Part shown: in pieces, positions 1-8,780 of the stretch
How the letters are laid out: each line of letters begins with the position of its first letter
Numbering within the stretch: the stretch's first letter is position 1
Assembly: GCA_964404275.1 (NCBI GenBank)
Contig: CAYOJH010000005.1
Location: 4,471-68,470, forward strand
Source: an uncultured Gammaproteobacteria bacterium
Lineage (GTDB): Bacteria; Patescibacteriota; Patescibacteriia; SG8-24; DYFX01
Reading direction: 5' to 3'
Length of the DNA stretch: 64,000 nucleotides
Notes under the pieces: generated by a model
The model's input: only the letters and a program-made list of their open reading frames with translations
Told to the model about the DNA's origin: nothing
Databases searched by the model: none
Program-made: the position numbers and the translations under genes

Positions 1-162
1 GGCGTTCACGAATTCGATCGAGCCCGTGCCGGAACCCGTCATCGTCTGCACGGCCTTGCCGGCGCCGAGGCGGTAGCCCCAGAGGAAGGAGGCGACGACG
101 AAGACGCCGGCCAGGTACAGGCCGACCGCTTTTCGCGTTTTGAGATTTTCAGGAATGTTCAT
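1..162 (-). CDS. Partial ORF (N-terminal 54 codons; continues beyond window start), membrane-anchored hypothetical protein (MNIPENLKTRKAVGLYLAGVFVVASFLW...)
   Basis: Open frame from ATG (rc of cat 160-162) to window edge without stops; hydrophobic N-terminus; ATG overlaps TGA stop of murA (ATGA). Not in ORF track because truncated. Confidence 0.45.
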   Translation of the reverse strand, partial: MNIPENLKTRKAVGLYLAGVFVVASFLWGYRLGAGKAVQTMTGSGTGSIEFVNA

Positions 163-1424
163 GCGTGATCTTCTTCGCGGATGATTTCGGCGCCGACTTC
201 GGCGAAGCGCGCTTCGATGCGCTCGTAGCCGCGGTCGATGATTTCGGCTTCATGCAGGATTGTCTCGCCCTCGGCCAGGATCCCGGCCAGGAGCAAGGTC
301 GCGCCGGCCCGGAGGTCCAGGCTCTTGATCTCGCGCCCATACAAGGGAACGGGGCCGGTGATCAGGACGCGGTGGGGGTCACAGACGACGGCGTTCGCTC
401 CCATCTTAACCAATTCATTGACGAATCCGAAACGCCCTTCGTACATGGGCTCATGGATAAGGCTGGTTCCGACGCATTGGGTGGCCAGAACGCCGAACGG
501 GGCCATCAAATCGGTCGGCAGGCCCGGATACGGCATCGATTGGAACTTGAAGGCCTGGAGCGTGTCGGGCGCCGTCACGCGGACCCAGTCGGCTCCCGTT
601 TCGACCGAGGCGCCGATCGCGCGCAAGCGCTGGGTGACGATATCGAGATGATCGGGGCGCACGTTTTCAATCGTGAGATCGCCGCGCGTGAAGGCCGCGG
701 CCACCATGAAGGTGCCGGCTTCGATTTGGTCGGGGATGATTTCATGATCGGCGCCGTGAAGTTGCTCGACGCCGTCGATCACGACGACGTGCGTGCCATG
801 GCCGGAAATGCGCGCGCCCATCGTGTTCAGGAAGTCGCCGAGATCCTGCACATGCGGCTCGGCGGCGGCGAGCTTGATGACGGTGCGCCCCTTGGCGGTC
901 GCGGCAGCCATCATCAGGTTCTCGGTGGCGGTCACGGAAAATTCCGGCAGCACGACTTCGCGGCCCTCAAGAGACGGCGCGCGCAGCAGATAGCCGTCCT
1001 TGCCGCGTTCGCAGGAGGCCCCGATCGACTGAAGGGCCACGAGATGCGTGTCGAGCGGGCGATTGCCGATGATGCAGCCGCCCGGTTCCGGCAATTCGAC
1101 TTCGCGGAAGCGCGCCAGCATCGGGCCCAAAAACAAAACCGACGAACGCATGCTGCGCATCGCCTTGCGGTCCAGTTTGGCCGGATCGGCGTTGCGCGGA
1201 TCGATCGTCACGTCGTGCTCCCCCGTCCATTCGGCCGAGACGCCCAGGCTCCGAAGAATCTCGAGCATGCGCTCGACGTCGCGGATGCGCGGGACGTTCT
1301 TGAGGTGGCACGGCCCGTCCGCGAGCAATGCGGCCGCCAGGATCGGCGTGGCGGCGTTCTTCATACCCGCCGTCCGGAGCCGACCGCGGAGTTTTTTTCC
1401 GCCTTGAATTCGGAATCGGCTCAT
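159..1424 (-). CDS. murA: UDP-N-acetylglucosamine 1-carboxyvinyltransferase (MurA)
   Basis: Full-length similarity to MurA (MSRFRIQGGKKLRGRL...ILAAALLA...; C-terminal two-domain repeat pattern); start moved to internal Met at 1424 by alignment with MurA N-termini; track ORF extends 36 codons upstream. Confidence 0.9.
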   Translation of the reverse strand: MSRFRIQGGKKLRGRLRTAGMKNAATPILAAALLADGPCHLKNVPRIRDVERMLEILRSLGVSAEWTGEHDVTIDPRNADPAKLDRKAMRSMRSSVLFLGPMLARFREVELPEPGGCIIGNRPLDTHLVALQSIGASCERGKDGYLLRAPSLEGREVVLPEFSVTATENLMMAAATAKGRTVIKLAAAEPHVQDLGDFLNTMGARISGHGTHVVVIDGVEQLHGADHEIIPDQIEAGTFMVAAAFTRGDLTIENVRPDHLDIVTQRLRAIGASVETGADWVRVTAPDTLQAFKFQSMPYPGLPTDLMAPFGVLATQCVGTSLIHEPMYEGRFGFVNELVKMGANAVVCDPHRVLITGPVPLYGREIKSLDLRAGATLLLAGILAEGETILHEAEIIDRGYERIEARFAEVGAEIIREEDHA

Positions 1425-1458
1425 AGTACGATTTGGTCGGAGACAGCATACTCCCGCT

Positions 1459-2796
1459 ATGGATCCGCGCGCAAGACGGCTGCTCAGCTGGACATTCATC
1501 ATCGCCTTCTTCGTGCTCGCCCCGGTCATCATCCTTTCGACGGCCGGGTATCGTTATAATTTCGCGACCAATCGGCTCGAGCGCACCGGCGTGATCGTCA
1601 TCGAAACCCGACCGACCGGCGCGAGCGTCAGCCTGAACGGCCAGCCGCAGCGAGCGGAGACGCCGGCCCGCCTGCAGCACGTCACGCCCGGAAACTACGC
1701 GGTGCGCGTCGAGAAGGCGGACTATCATCCGTGGACCAAAAACGTGACCGTCGGCAGCCGCGAATCCGTCTTCCTGAACCAGATTTCGCTGTTCTCCGAA
1801 GCGGCGCCGATCCTGCTTAAAGCCTCGGCGCCAGCCTCGGTCAGCGCCTTCTCCCCCGACACGCGCTATGCCGCCGCGGTCGCTTCCGCCTCTTCCGGTT
1901 CCGAACTGGCCATCATCGACACCAAAAACGGCACGGCGCGCCTGCCCTATCGCTCCAGCGCTCCCGCAGCCTCGTTCCGCCTGAGCTGGTCGCGCGACGG
2001 GCGCATGCTGCTGATCGCCCGCGCCGGCAAAACGCCGGCCTTCCTTCTCTGGGACGCCTCGGATCCGGACCGCGTCCGCGATCTTTCGAGCGGCGCGTCC
2101 TTGGCGTTCTCCGACGCGTTCTGGGCGCAGGATGCCGTGCGACTCTACGGCGTTTCGAAGGGGGCGCTCTATGAAATCGAAACGGATATCCTGGCCGTCA
2201 CGCCTCTCGGTCCCGCGATCTCGGAACCGATCGTGGCGGGCGACGCGCTCTACGGGATCGTTCCCGGCGCGCCTCCGGCTCTGGCGCGGCGCAAGCTGCA
2301 GGGCGGCGACTTCGACACGATCGCCGAGCTGCCCTCCGCGAATTTTTCGCCGCTCCCTGGCGACGGCCGCCATATCGCCTACGCCTCCCCCGCAGACGGC
2401 CAACTCTTCGCCATCGATTCTTCCGGCGATCATCCCGCGGCTTTCGAAGGCGACGGCAAGGACGGCGCCTGGTCATCCGACGGCACGCGGCTTCTCTATT
2501 GGAACGATTTCGAAGTGCGCGTGTACGACGCGCGCAGCGGCGCCGACGCGCTGATCGACCGCCTGAGCGGGCCGATCACCCAGGCCGCTTGGCATCAGCC
2601 GGAATGGAACGCGCTCTACGCCGACGCGAACGCCCTCTTCGCCATCGAAGCGAACGACAACTATGGCCGCGTAACGGTGCCGCTCGCTTCCTTCTCCGGC
2701 TTGGAACGCTTCGCCGTCAGCCCGAATGGCGACGAGGCCTACGTTTTCGGAACAAAAAACGGCGCAAGCGGCCTCTGGAAGCTGCGCTTGCGCTGA
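1459..2796 (+). CDS. N-terminally membrane-anchored PEGA-domain protein with C-terminal beta-propeller-like (TolB/WD40-like) region
   Basis: N-terminal TM helix; PEGA-like segment (TGVIVIETRPTGASVSLNGQ...TPARLQHVTPGNYAVRVEKADYHPWTKNVTV); repetitive Ala/Ser/Asp-rich beta-strand region. Divergent from murA with 34-nt spacer. Confidence 0.6.
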   Translation: MDPRARRLLSWTFIIAFFVLAPVIILSTAGYRYNFATNRLERTGVIVIETRPTGASVSLNGQPQRAETPARLQHVTPGNYAVRVEKADYHPWTKNVTVGSRESVFLNQISLFSEAAPILLKASAPASVSAFSPDTRYAAAVASASSGSELAIIDTKNGTARLPYRSSAPAASFRLSWSRDGRMLLIARAGKTPAFLLWDASDPDRVRDLSSGASLAFSDAFWAQDAVRLYGVSKGALYEIETDILAVTPLGPAISEPIVAGDALYGIVPGAPPALARRKLQGGDFDTIAELPSANFSPLPGDGRHIAYASPADGQLFAIDSSGDHPAAFEGDGKDGAWSSDGTRLLYWNDFEVRVYDARSGADALIDRLSGPITQAAWHQPEWNALYADANALFAIEANDNYGRVTVPLASFSGLERFAVSPNGDEAYVFGTKNGASGLWKLRLR

Positions 2797-2800
2797 ACAT

Positions 2801-2826
2801 AAAAAATCCGCTCAGGCGGATTTTTC
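2801..2826. terminator. Bidirectional rho-independent terminator between convergent genes (PEGA protein / HAD hydrolase)
   Basis: AAAAAATCCGC-TCAG-GCGGATTTTT: 6-bp GC-rich stem flanked by A-tract and T-tract; overlaps stop of minus-strand gene. Confidence 0.7.
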
Positions 2827-3522
2827 CAATTCGGCGAGAAATTCCGGAAGACGATTGACGTTTTCGAGGCGATGATATTTCGTCGCGTCGACCTCCGCTT
2901 TGGCGTAGGCCCAGGTCTCGCTGGGCACGTGCACGGCGGTCATGCCGAGCTCGACGGCAGGCAGGATGTCGGACCTCAGCGAGTCGCCGACCATCGCGAC
3001 GTTCGACGGATCCTCGCCGATCAAGGAAGCCAGGTAGGGCTTCTTGTCGAGGAGCGTAACGTGGACGTCATGGAAGAGCGTGCCGAGGCCGGATTCGTTG
3101 ATCTTGCGCCATTGCAAACCCGGGGATCCGGCCGTCACCAGGCACACGCGCCGACGGTCCGACAGCCGACGGATCATCTTCGGCACGCCGCGCAACGGCG
3201 TGAAAGGCCCGCGGGCGTATCGCGCGCCGGTCGAAAGCAGCCTGCGGACGACCTTGGAATTGACGCGCCGCTTGGCGCGCTCGCACAAGCGCTCGTAGGT
3301 CAAGACCCAGCTCTGCGGCACGCGATCGGCCGTGAGGCCTTTCTCACCGACCATGCCGAGATCGATCTCGGTACGAAGCTCGAGCAGCTTGATCGGCTGG
3401 ATCCCATGGCGGCCGAGCGCTTCCGCGACGATGGCGGCGCACTTCAGGTTGGGCACGAAGTACTTGTGCGTGTTGGGCAAGAGCGTGTCGTCGAGGTCCA
3501 GGCAGACCGTATGGATTTTCAC
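2812..3522 (-). CDS. HAD-superfamily hydrolase (phosphatase-like)
   Basis: N-terminal DxD motif (VCLDLDDTLL), C-terminal motif (MVGDSLRSDI); last gene of long minus-strand sugar operon. Confidence 0.7.
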   Translation of the reverse strand: MKIHTVCLDLDDTLLPNTHKYFVPNLKCAAIVAEALGRHGIQPIKLLELRTEIDLGMVGEKGLTADRVPQSWVLTYERLCERAKRRVNSKVVRRLLSTGARYARGPFTPLRGVPKMIRRLSDRRRVCLVTAGSPGLQWRKINESGLGTLFHDVHVTLLDKKPYLASLIGEDPSNVAMVGDSLRSDILPAVELGMTAVHVPSETWAYAKAEVDATKYHRLENVNRLPEFLAELEKSA

Positions 3523-3546
3523 GTTCAGACTCCTTCTCGAAAAGAG

Positions 3547-4626
3547 CTAGATTTCGACGGTCGCGTTGTCGCCGACGATCAGCTTGTGACCGAGCGGCAG
3601 CGTGGCGTGCGCAGAGGTGACCGTCGCGTTCGCGCCGATCAGGCTGTCGACGATGCGCTTCGAGCAGTTGATGTCGACGTCGTCGAAGACGATGGAATGC
3701 TCGATTTCGGTGTTGTAGATTTCGACGCCGTTGCCGATCGAGGTGTAGGGGCCGATGTAGGAATTCTCGATCCGGCAGTTCTCGCCGATCGCGACCGGTC
3801 CGCGGATCAGCACTTTCGGACCGATTGCCGCGCCCTTGCCGATCGAAACCTTGCCCTGAATGACGGCGGTCGGATCCACCTCGGCGCCGGCGCGGCCTTC
3901 GTCCGCCATTTCGTTCAAGAGCAACTGGTTGCCTTCGAGCAGATCTTCCGGTTTGCCGGTGTCCTTCCACCAACCGGTGATCTCTTCGTACCCGACGGCT
4001 TTGCCGTTTTCGATCAGCCAGGTGTGGATGTCGGAAATTTCATATTCGCCGCGCTCCGACGGCTTGATGTGCGCGAAGGCCTCGAAGAAATTCTTGTCAT
4101 AGACGTAGATGCCCGTGACCGCGTAATCGCTTTTCGGTTCGGACGGTTTTTCGTCGACGCGCATGATGCGTCCGTTCTCGATTTGCGGAACGCCGAAACG
4201 CTGCGGGTCTTTCACCTTCGAAAGCGCGAGGACGCAGTTCAATTTTTCTTTTTCGAATTTTTCGACGAAGCGTTGGAGGCTGCCGAGGATGATGTTGTCG
4301 CCGAGATAAAAGATGAACGGCTCGACGCCCAGAAAATCTTTGGCGTTGTTGACGACATGCGCGATGCCGAGCGGTCCGCCCTGCTGTTCGATATACGTGA
4401 TGCGCACGCCCCAGCGCGAACCGTCGCCGACGGCCTTCTGCAGTTCCGTTTCGCCCGGGTTCATGCTGATGCCGATCTCTTTCACGCCGACCGCGGCCAA
4501 TTTCTCGATCGCGTAAAAGATCATCGGCTTATTCGCCAACGGGATCAGGTGCTTGTTGATCGTATAGGTGATGGGCCGAAGGCGCGTCGCCCGTCCGCCC
4601 GCCGTGATCAAGGCCTTCATAGTCAC
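3547..4626 (-). CDS. Long-form sugar-1-phosphate nucleotidyltransferase (glucose-1-phosphate thymidylyltransferase-like, RmlA-type N-domain plus left-handed beta-helix C-domain)
   Basis: N-terminal GGRATRLRPITYTINKHLIPLANKPMIFY signature of G1P thymidylyl/uridylyltransferases; C-terminal hexapeptide-repeat region (VSIGKGAAIGPKVLIRGPVAIGENCRIENSYIG). Confidence 0.8.
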   Translation of the reverse strand: MTMKALITAGGRATRLRPITYTINKHLIPLANKPMIFYAIEKLAAVGVKEIGISMNPGETELQKAVGDGSRWGVRITYIEQQGGPLGIAHVVNNAKDFLGVEPFIFYLGDNIILGSLQRFVEKFEKEKLNCVLALSKVKDPQRFGVPQIENGRIMRVDEKPSEPKSDYAVTGIYVYDKNFFEAFAHIKPSERGEYEISDIHTWLIENGKAVGYEEITGWWKDTGKPEDLLEGNQLLLNEMADEGRAGAEVDPTAVIQGKVSIGKGAAIGPKVLIRGPVAIGENCRIENSYIGPYTSIGNGVEIYNTEIEHSIVFDDVDINCSKRIVDSLIGANATVTSAHATLPLGHKLIVGDNATVEI

Positions 4627-4679
4627 TACTCAGGCTAGCAAAAAACCCCTTGAAGATCAAGGGGTTCGGGCGGCGGACG

Positions 4680-5093
4680 TCAGTAACAGCCGCACGGCTT
4701 TTCGAGGGCGGATTCGCCAACGACGTAGAGGGTCGAGGCGATCGAGAGGAGTACCGCGCTCGGACTGAGGCGGGCTCGATGCCAGACGCCGTTCGGGATC
4801 AGTACTCCGACGCCCGGCGACTCCAGCCTGAGACGACCGCAGGCTTCGGCGGCGTGCAGATCGAACTCGATCTCGCCGGAGATCGCCACGATCAGCTCGC
4901 GCTTGCCGCCGACGGGGTGCACGTGCCCGCCCCGTTCGACCCAGTCGGACGTCGTATTGGAGATCCAATAGATCCGCGGCGCGGCCTCGTTCGGAAAGAA
5001 TTCCGGAGCGATGATCCCAAGCTCCGCGATGACCATCAGGCCGGGCTTGGAGCGACTGAACGGCAGGTCAACCCGTTTCCACGGGTAACTCAC
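4680..5093 (-). CDS. WxcM/FdtA-like cupin (dTDP-4-keto-6-deoxyhexose 3,4-isomerase-like)
   Basis: Conserved RGGHVH...GVLIPNGVWH...LSIASTLY pattern typical of WxcM-like/FdtA cupins; GTG start at 5093 preceded by GGAGGAG; start overlaps stop of upstream small ORF (GTGA). Confidence 0.6.
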   Translation of the reverse strand: MSYPWKRVDLPFSRSKPGLMVIAELGIIAPEFFPNEAAPRIYWISNTTSDWVERGGHVHPVGGKRELIVAISGEIEFDLHAAEACGRLRLESPGVGVLIPNGVWHRARLSPSAVLLSIASTLYVVGESALEKPCGCY

Positions 5094-5272
5094 GCGCTCC
5101 TCCGATCGGCATCGGCCTGCCCGTCTTTTCTCAGCGCCGTGTCTGCCCAGAGCACCAGGCCGAAGACCGCGGCGATCACGGCGAAATTCGCCAAGGTGAC
5201 CCAGGGGCCGACGAGCTCGCACATGAGCATGAACGCGACGATCTGGAACGCGAGACAGGACCGAATGGTCAT
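5090..5272 (-). CDS. Small hydrophobic membrane protein (about 60 aa), hypothetical
   Basis: MTIRSCLAFQIVAFMLMCELVGPWVTLANFAVIAAVFGLVLW...: two predicted TM segments; stop overlaps start of next gene; no clear SD. Confidence 0.3.
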   Translation of the reverse strand: MTIRSCLAFQIVAFMLMCELVGPWVTLANFAVIAAVFGLVLWADTALRKDGQADADRRSA

Positions 5273-5359
5273 AAAAATGGGCTCGCTTTCTTCTCCGCCG
5301 CCAGGCGGAGGGACGCCCAGGACCCTAACAAAAAAGCCCGTTCCCGTCAAGGGGTCGGG

Positions 5360-6010
5360 CTAGCGCTTGGCGACGAACGCGTAGCGCTCGCCGAGGCGCT
5401 GAACGAAGTCCGCGTGGCGCTGGTGATCGTAGGTTTCGGCGTGGATGCCGAGCGCTCGGGCCGCTTCGGCGAACTCCTCGTGATCGTCGACGAAGAGCGT
5501 CCGGCGCGGATCCGTTTCCGCCAGCTCCAGCGCGCGGACGAAGAAGCGCGGGTCCGGCTTCGCGCAGCCGACTTGATACGACAAGCAGTGCGCGTTGAAG
5601 CCCCCGAGCACGCCCAGGCGGAGCAGCTCCTGATGCCGCAGCTCGTCGATATTCGAAGCCGTCACCAGCCGCACGCCCTTGAGGCTCAGCGCTTCCCAAA
5701 GCTTGAGGATCGGCTGATGGGGCGTGAAGACGTTCGTCATGGCGCGGTGGAAGGCGGCGTCGGTGCAGGTGAGCTGCAGCAGCCCCTTCGCGAAGCGGGT
5801 GAACTGCGCCGTCGTGCGCTCTCCGCGCATGTAGGCGTCCCATTGATCGCGATGATGCACGAACAGCATGTCGTGCAGGCCCTTCTCGTTGTAATACGAA
5901 GAGTGCTGCAGGAGCGCGGCGCTGGTCCGGCGGTTGTCGAACAGGACGGCGACCTTTCCGAGGTCGGAAAGGACCGCTTCGATCTCGTATTTCGTTCCCG
6001 ATGCGTGCAA
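5360..6010 (-). CDS. HAD-like hydrolase (variant motif I)
   Basis: C-terminal HAD motif (TLFVDDHEEFAEAARALG); N-terminal VLSDLGKV resembles DxDGT with second Asp replaced; TTG start with GAGGAG RBS 7 nt upstream. Confidence 0.55.
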   Translation of the reverse strand: MHASGTKYEIEAVLSDLGKVAVLFDNRRTSAALLQHSSYYNEKGLHDMLFVHHRDQWDAYMRGERTTAQFTRFAKGLLQLTCTDAAFHRAMTNVFTPHQPILKLWEALSLKGVRLVTASNIDELRHQELLRLGVLGGFNAHCLSYQVGCAKPDPRFFVRALELAETDPRRTLFVDDHEEFAEAARALGIHAETYDHQRHADFVQRLGERYAFVAKR

Positions 6011-6031
6011 GGTGCGTCTCCTCTGGAAGGG

Positions 6032-6952
6032 TTATCCGACCAAAGCCAATTTTTCGCGCGTTTCTTCCTCCGTCTTGCGGAGCGTCGCGTCGGCTTCGCC
6101 GGAAGAAAGATTTTGCTTGAGCGCGGCCAAAATGTCAACCAGCCGTTCTTCGATCGGCCGCATCGTGATGCCTTCGCGCTCGAGCTTGGCGATCGAAAGG
6201 ACGCAGTCGATGCGCTGCGCGAGCGTCATGCGGTTCAGCTCTTCTTTGGAAATCTTGGAGAAGGACATTTCCGGCTTGAGATGCGCCTTCAGCAATTCGG
6301 CGATGCGGTACGGCGTGGTCACGCCCGGATTCGCGACGTTATACAAGCCCGTCGCGTCCTTGGCGACGAGCGCCAAGGTCACGTCCATCAAATCCTCGAC
6401 GATCGTGCAGGAGTTCGCGGTGTCGATGAATTTCGCGTAGGTCAACATCTTCACGAGCGCGTTGCGCGGGCTGACCATGCCGGACAAGAGCTGGCGCGGA
6501 CGGAGCATCAGGACCTTAAGGCGTCCCCGATGGGCGCGCTCCGACAGCAGATTCTCGGCCCAGACTTTCGTCCACGAGTAATAGCAGAGCGGATGCGGCG
6601 CGTCTTCTTCCGTATGGACGACCTCGGCCGTCTTGCTTTCCTGCACGCAGCCGCTCGAAATATGCAAAAGGTAGACGCCGCGCTCTTCGGCGACTTTGGC
6701 GATCACGTCGGAGCCCAGCGTGTTGATCTGGAAGGCTTCCGTTTTGTTCATCTCGCACCAGTCGATGTTCGTCTTGGCCGCGGCGTTGATGATCAGGTCC
6801 GGCTGGGCGGCGGAGACCGCGCCGGAAACAAACGCTTCGTCGCGAATGTCGCCCTTCGGCGATTCGACGGCGCAGCCTTTCGACGTGAAGAAATCCCGGT
6901 AGAAGGTGCCGAGCTGCCCGCGGCCGAAGATCAAAACTTTGGAAGGCATCAT
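6032..6952 (-). CDS. dTDP-4-dehydro-6-deoxyhexose reductase (RmlD-like NAD(P)-dependent reductase)
   Basis: VLIFGRGQLG Rossmann N-terminus and overall RmlD/RfbD-like organisation; start overlaps rmlB stop by 4 nt. Confidence 0.75.
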   Translation of the reverse strand: MMPSKVLIFGRGQLGTFYRDFFTSKGCAVESPKGDIRDEAFVSGAVSAAQPDLIINAAAKTNIDWCEMNKTEAFQINTLGSDVIAKVAEERGVYLLHISSGCVQESKTAEVVHTEEDAPHPLCYYSWTKVWAENLLSERAHRGRLKVLMLRPRQLLSGMVSPRNALVKMLTYAKFIDTANSCTIVEDLMDVTLALVAKDATGLYNVANPGVTTPYRIAELLKAHLKPEMSFSKISKEELNRMTLAQRIDCVLSIAKLEREGITMRPIEERLVDILAALKQNLSSGEADATLRKTEEETREKLALVG

Positions 6953-7974
6953 ACGGTTTCTTTCAAGGTTTCCTTATAATACGCGTCGTAGTATTTCTGA
7001 TACTCTCCGCTCTTCACGCGCGTCCACCATTCGGGATGGTCGCGATACCAGAGGATCGTGGCCCGGATGCCGTGGTCAAAGAGGATCTTCGGTTCCCAGC
7101 CGAGCTCGTTCCGCATCTTGGAGGAATCGATGAAATAGCGGCGATCGTGCCCCGGGCGATCCGGCACGTAGCTCTTGAGCGATTCCGGCTTGCCGAGCGT
7201 CGTCAAAATGAGATCCGTGATTTCCTCGATCGATTTCTCGACGCCGGTGCCGATGTTGTAGACCTCGCCGATCTTGCCGTTACGCAAAATCAGATCGACG
7301 GCGGAGCTGTGATCGTCCGCGTGAATCCACTCGCGCGTGTTTTTGCTGCTCTTGAAGAGCGGCAGCGGCTTGTCTTCCATCGCGTTGGTCGCGAACAGCG
7401 GGATCAACTTTTCCGGAAACTGATGCGGGCCGTAGTTGTTGCAGCAGCGGCTAATCGTGACCTTCATGCCAAACGAATGCGCATAGGACATCACGACATG
7501 ATCGGAGCTGGCCTTCGAAGCGGCGTAGGCCGAGCGCGGATGCAGCATGTCGGTTTCCTTGAAAGCGCGATCTTCATCGAGCGCGAGATCGCCGTAGACT
7601 TCGTCGGTCGAGACGTGGTGGAAACGCGTCACGCCGGCTTGGCGGCAGGCTTCAAGCAGCACTTGCGTGCCGAGGACGTTGTTGCGGAAAAAGGCGTGCG
7701 GATCGAGCACGGAGCGATCGACGTGCGATTCGGCGGCGAAGTGCACGACGGCATGAACGCCCTCAAGCGCCCGAGTAACATCGGCCGCGACGCAGATGTC
7801 GCCTTTGACGAACCGATACCGCGGGTTCGCTTCCACGTCCTTCAAATTTTCAAGATTCCCGGCATACGTCAACGCGTCGAAATTGACCACCTCGTCTTCC
7901 GGGCGGTTTTCGAGCACGTAACGGATGTAGGCGGAGCCGATGAAACCGGCGCCGCCAGTCACGAGAATCCTCAT
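6949..7974 (-). CDS. rmlB: dTDP-glucose 4,6-dehydratase (RmlB/RfbB)
   Basis: MRILVTGGAGFIGS...YxxxK (YAASKASSD)...full-length match to dTDP-glucose 4,6-dehydratases including C-terminal ILWYRDHPEWW. Confidence 0.9.
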   Translation of the reverse strand: MRILVTGGAGFIGSAYIRYVLENRPEDEVVNFDALTYAGNLENLKDVEANPRYRFVKGDICVAADVTRALEGVHAVVHFAAESHVDRSVLDPHAFFRNNVLGTQVLLEACRQAGVTRFHHVSTDEVYGDLALDEDRAFKETDMLHPRSAYAASKASSDHVVMSYAHSFGMKVTISRCCNNYGPHQFPEKLIPLFATNAMEDKPLPLFKSSKNTREWIHADDHSSAVDLILRNGKIGEVYNIGTGVEKSIEEITDLILTTLGKPESLKSYVPDRPGHDRRYFIDSSKMRNELGWEPKILFDHGIRATILWYRDHPEWWTRVKSGEYQKYYDAYYKETLKETV

Positions 7975-7983
7975 AGATTCAGG

Positions 7984-8400
7984 CTAGGCTAGCACTGCGC
8001 GGAGCTTTTGTCCAACCTCCTCCATCTCCCCTTCCGCGTACGGCCGGCCGTGCCAATGCTCGTGGCCGTCGCCTTCGAAACGCGGGATGACGTGGAGGTG
8101 CAGGTGATCGACGAGCTGTCCGGCCGCGCGGCCATTGTTCACGCCGATGTTGAAGGCCGGGGCTCCGAGCGCAGACATCAGGGCCTTGCCCATTTTTTGT
8201 CCGACCTGCGCGATCGCGGAGAGCGTCGCCTCGTCAGCCGAGGCGTAATCGGCGAAGTGCGCCTTCGGCACGACCAAGAGATGGCCTGGGTTGATCGGCT
8301 TGATGTCGACGAAGGCGAGCGTCGCGTCGTCTTCATAGACGACGGTTGCCGGAATTTCCTTGCGGACGATTTTGCAGAAGAGGCAGTCAGTCATAATCAT
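7984..8400 (-). CDS. HIT-family (histidine triad) nucleotide hydrolase/transferase
   Basis: CLFCKI...HLHLHVIPR histidine triad motif; 138 aa. Confidence 0.85.
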   Translation of the reverse strand: MIMTDCLFCKIVRKEIPATVVYEDDATLAFVDIKPINPGHLLVVPKAHFADYASADEATLSAIAQVGQKMGKALMSALGAPAFNIGVNNGRAAGQLVDHLHLHVIPRFEGDGHEHWHGRPYAEGEMEEVGQKLRAVLA

Positions 8401-8780
8401 TCATGAGGCGAGAAGACGGGCCAGGCGATCAGCATCGCGAGCAGGATACCCCCGGAAGCGGCGGCGCGCCAGAAGAACTTCACGTCAGCCGGGATCAGGA
8501 ACCAGGCGGCGACCCCGAGGCTCAGGCAACCGAGATACAGGAGCGAACGCGCGGCGCGCGGAGAGCGGTGCGAGGCGTCATCGGGCGACAAGCGCGACTG
8601 CGTGGCCATGGCGGCGACCGAGGCCGCCAGTACGAACACGAGCAGCCAGAGCAGATTGAAGAAGCGCGAAACGAAGCCGGCCGAAGCGGCTTCCAGGCCG
8701 AGGCAGAGCACGAACAGGACCGTGCCGGCGGCCCAGGCGTCGATCGCCATCTGATGGAGAACGGATCGCGGCGTCTTCAT
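8397..8780 (-). CDS. Small polytopic membrane protein, hypothetical
   Basis: Four hydrophobic segments; 4-nt overlaps with both neighbours indicating co-translation in operon. Confidence 0.5.
   Translation of the reverse strand: MKTPRSVLHQMAIDAWAAGTVLFVLCLGLEAASAGFVSRFFNLLWLLVFVLAASVAAMATQSRLSPDDASHRSPRAARSLLYLGCLSLGVAAWFLIPADVKFFWRAAASGGILLAMLIAWPVFSPHE

Noticed and set aside
165-1559. Long plus-strand ORFs antisense to murA, and similar long ORFs antisense to real genes (2872-4638, 5414-6979, 7036-7992, 12073-13107, 22551-25214, 27642-29438, 40574-42124, 42604-43959, 58269-60797, 60929-62872)
   Set aside because: Ala/Arg/Gly/Asp-rich, no motifs, and overlap well-supported genes on the other strand. 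These are typical high-GC antisense open frames.
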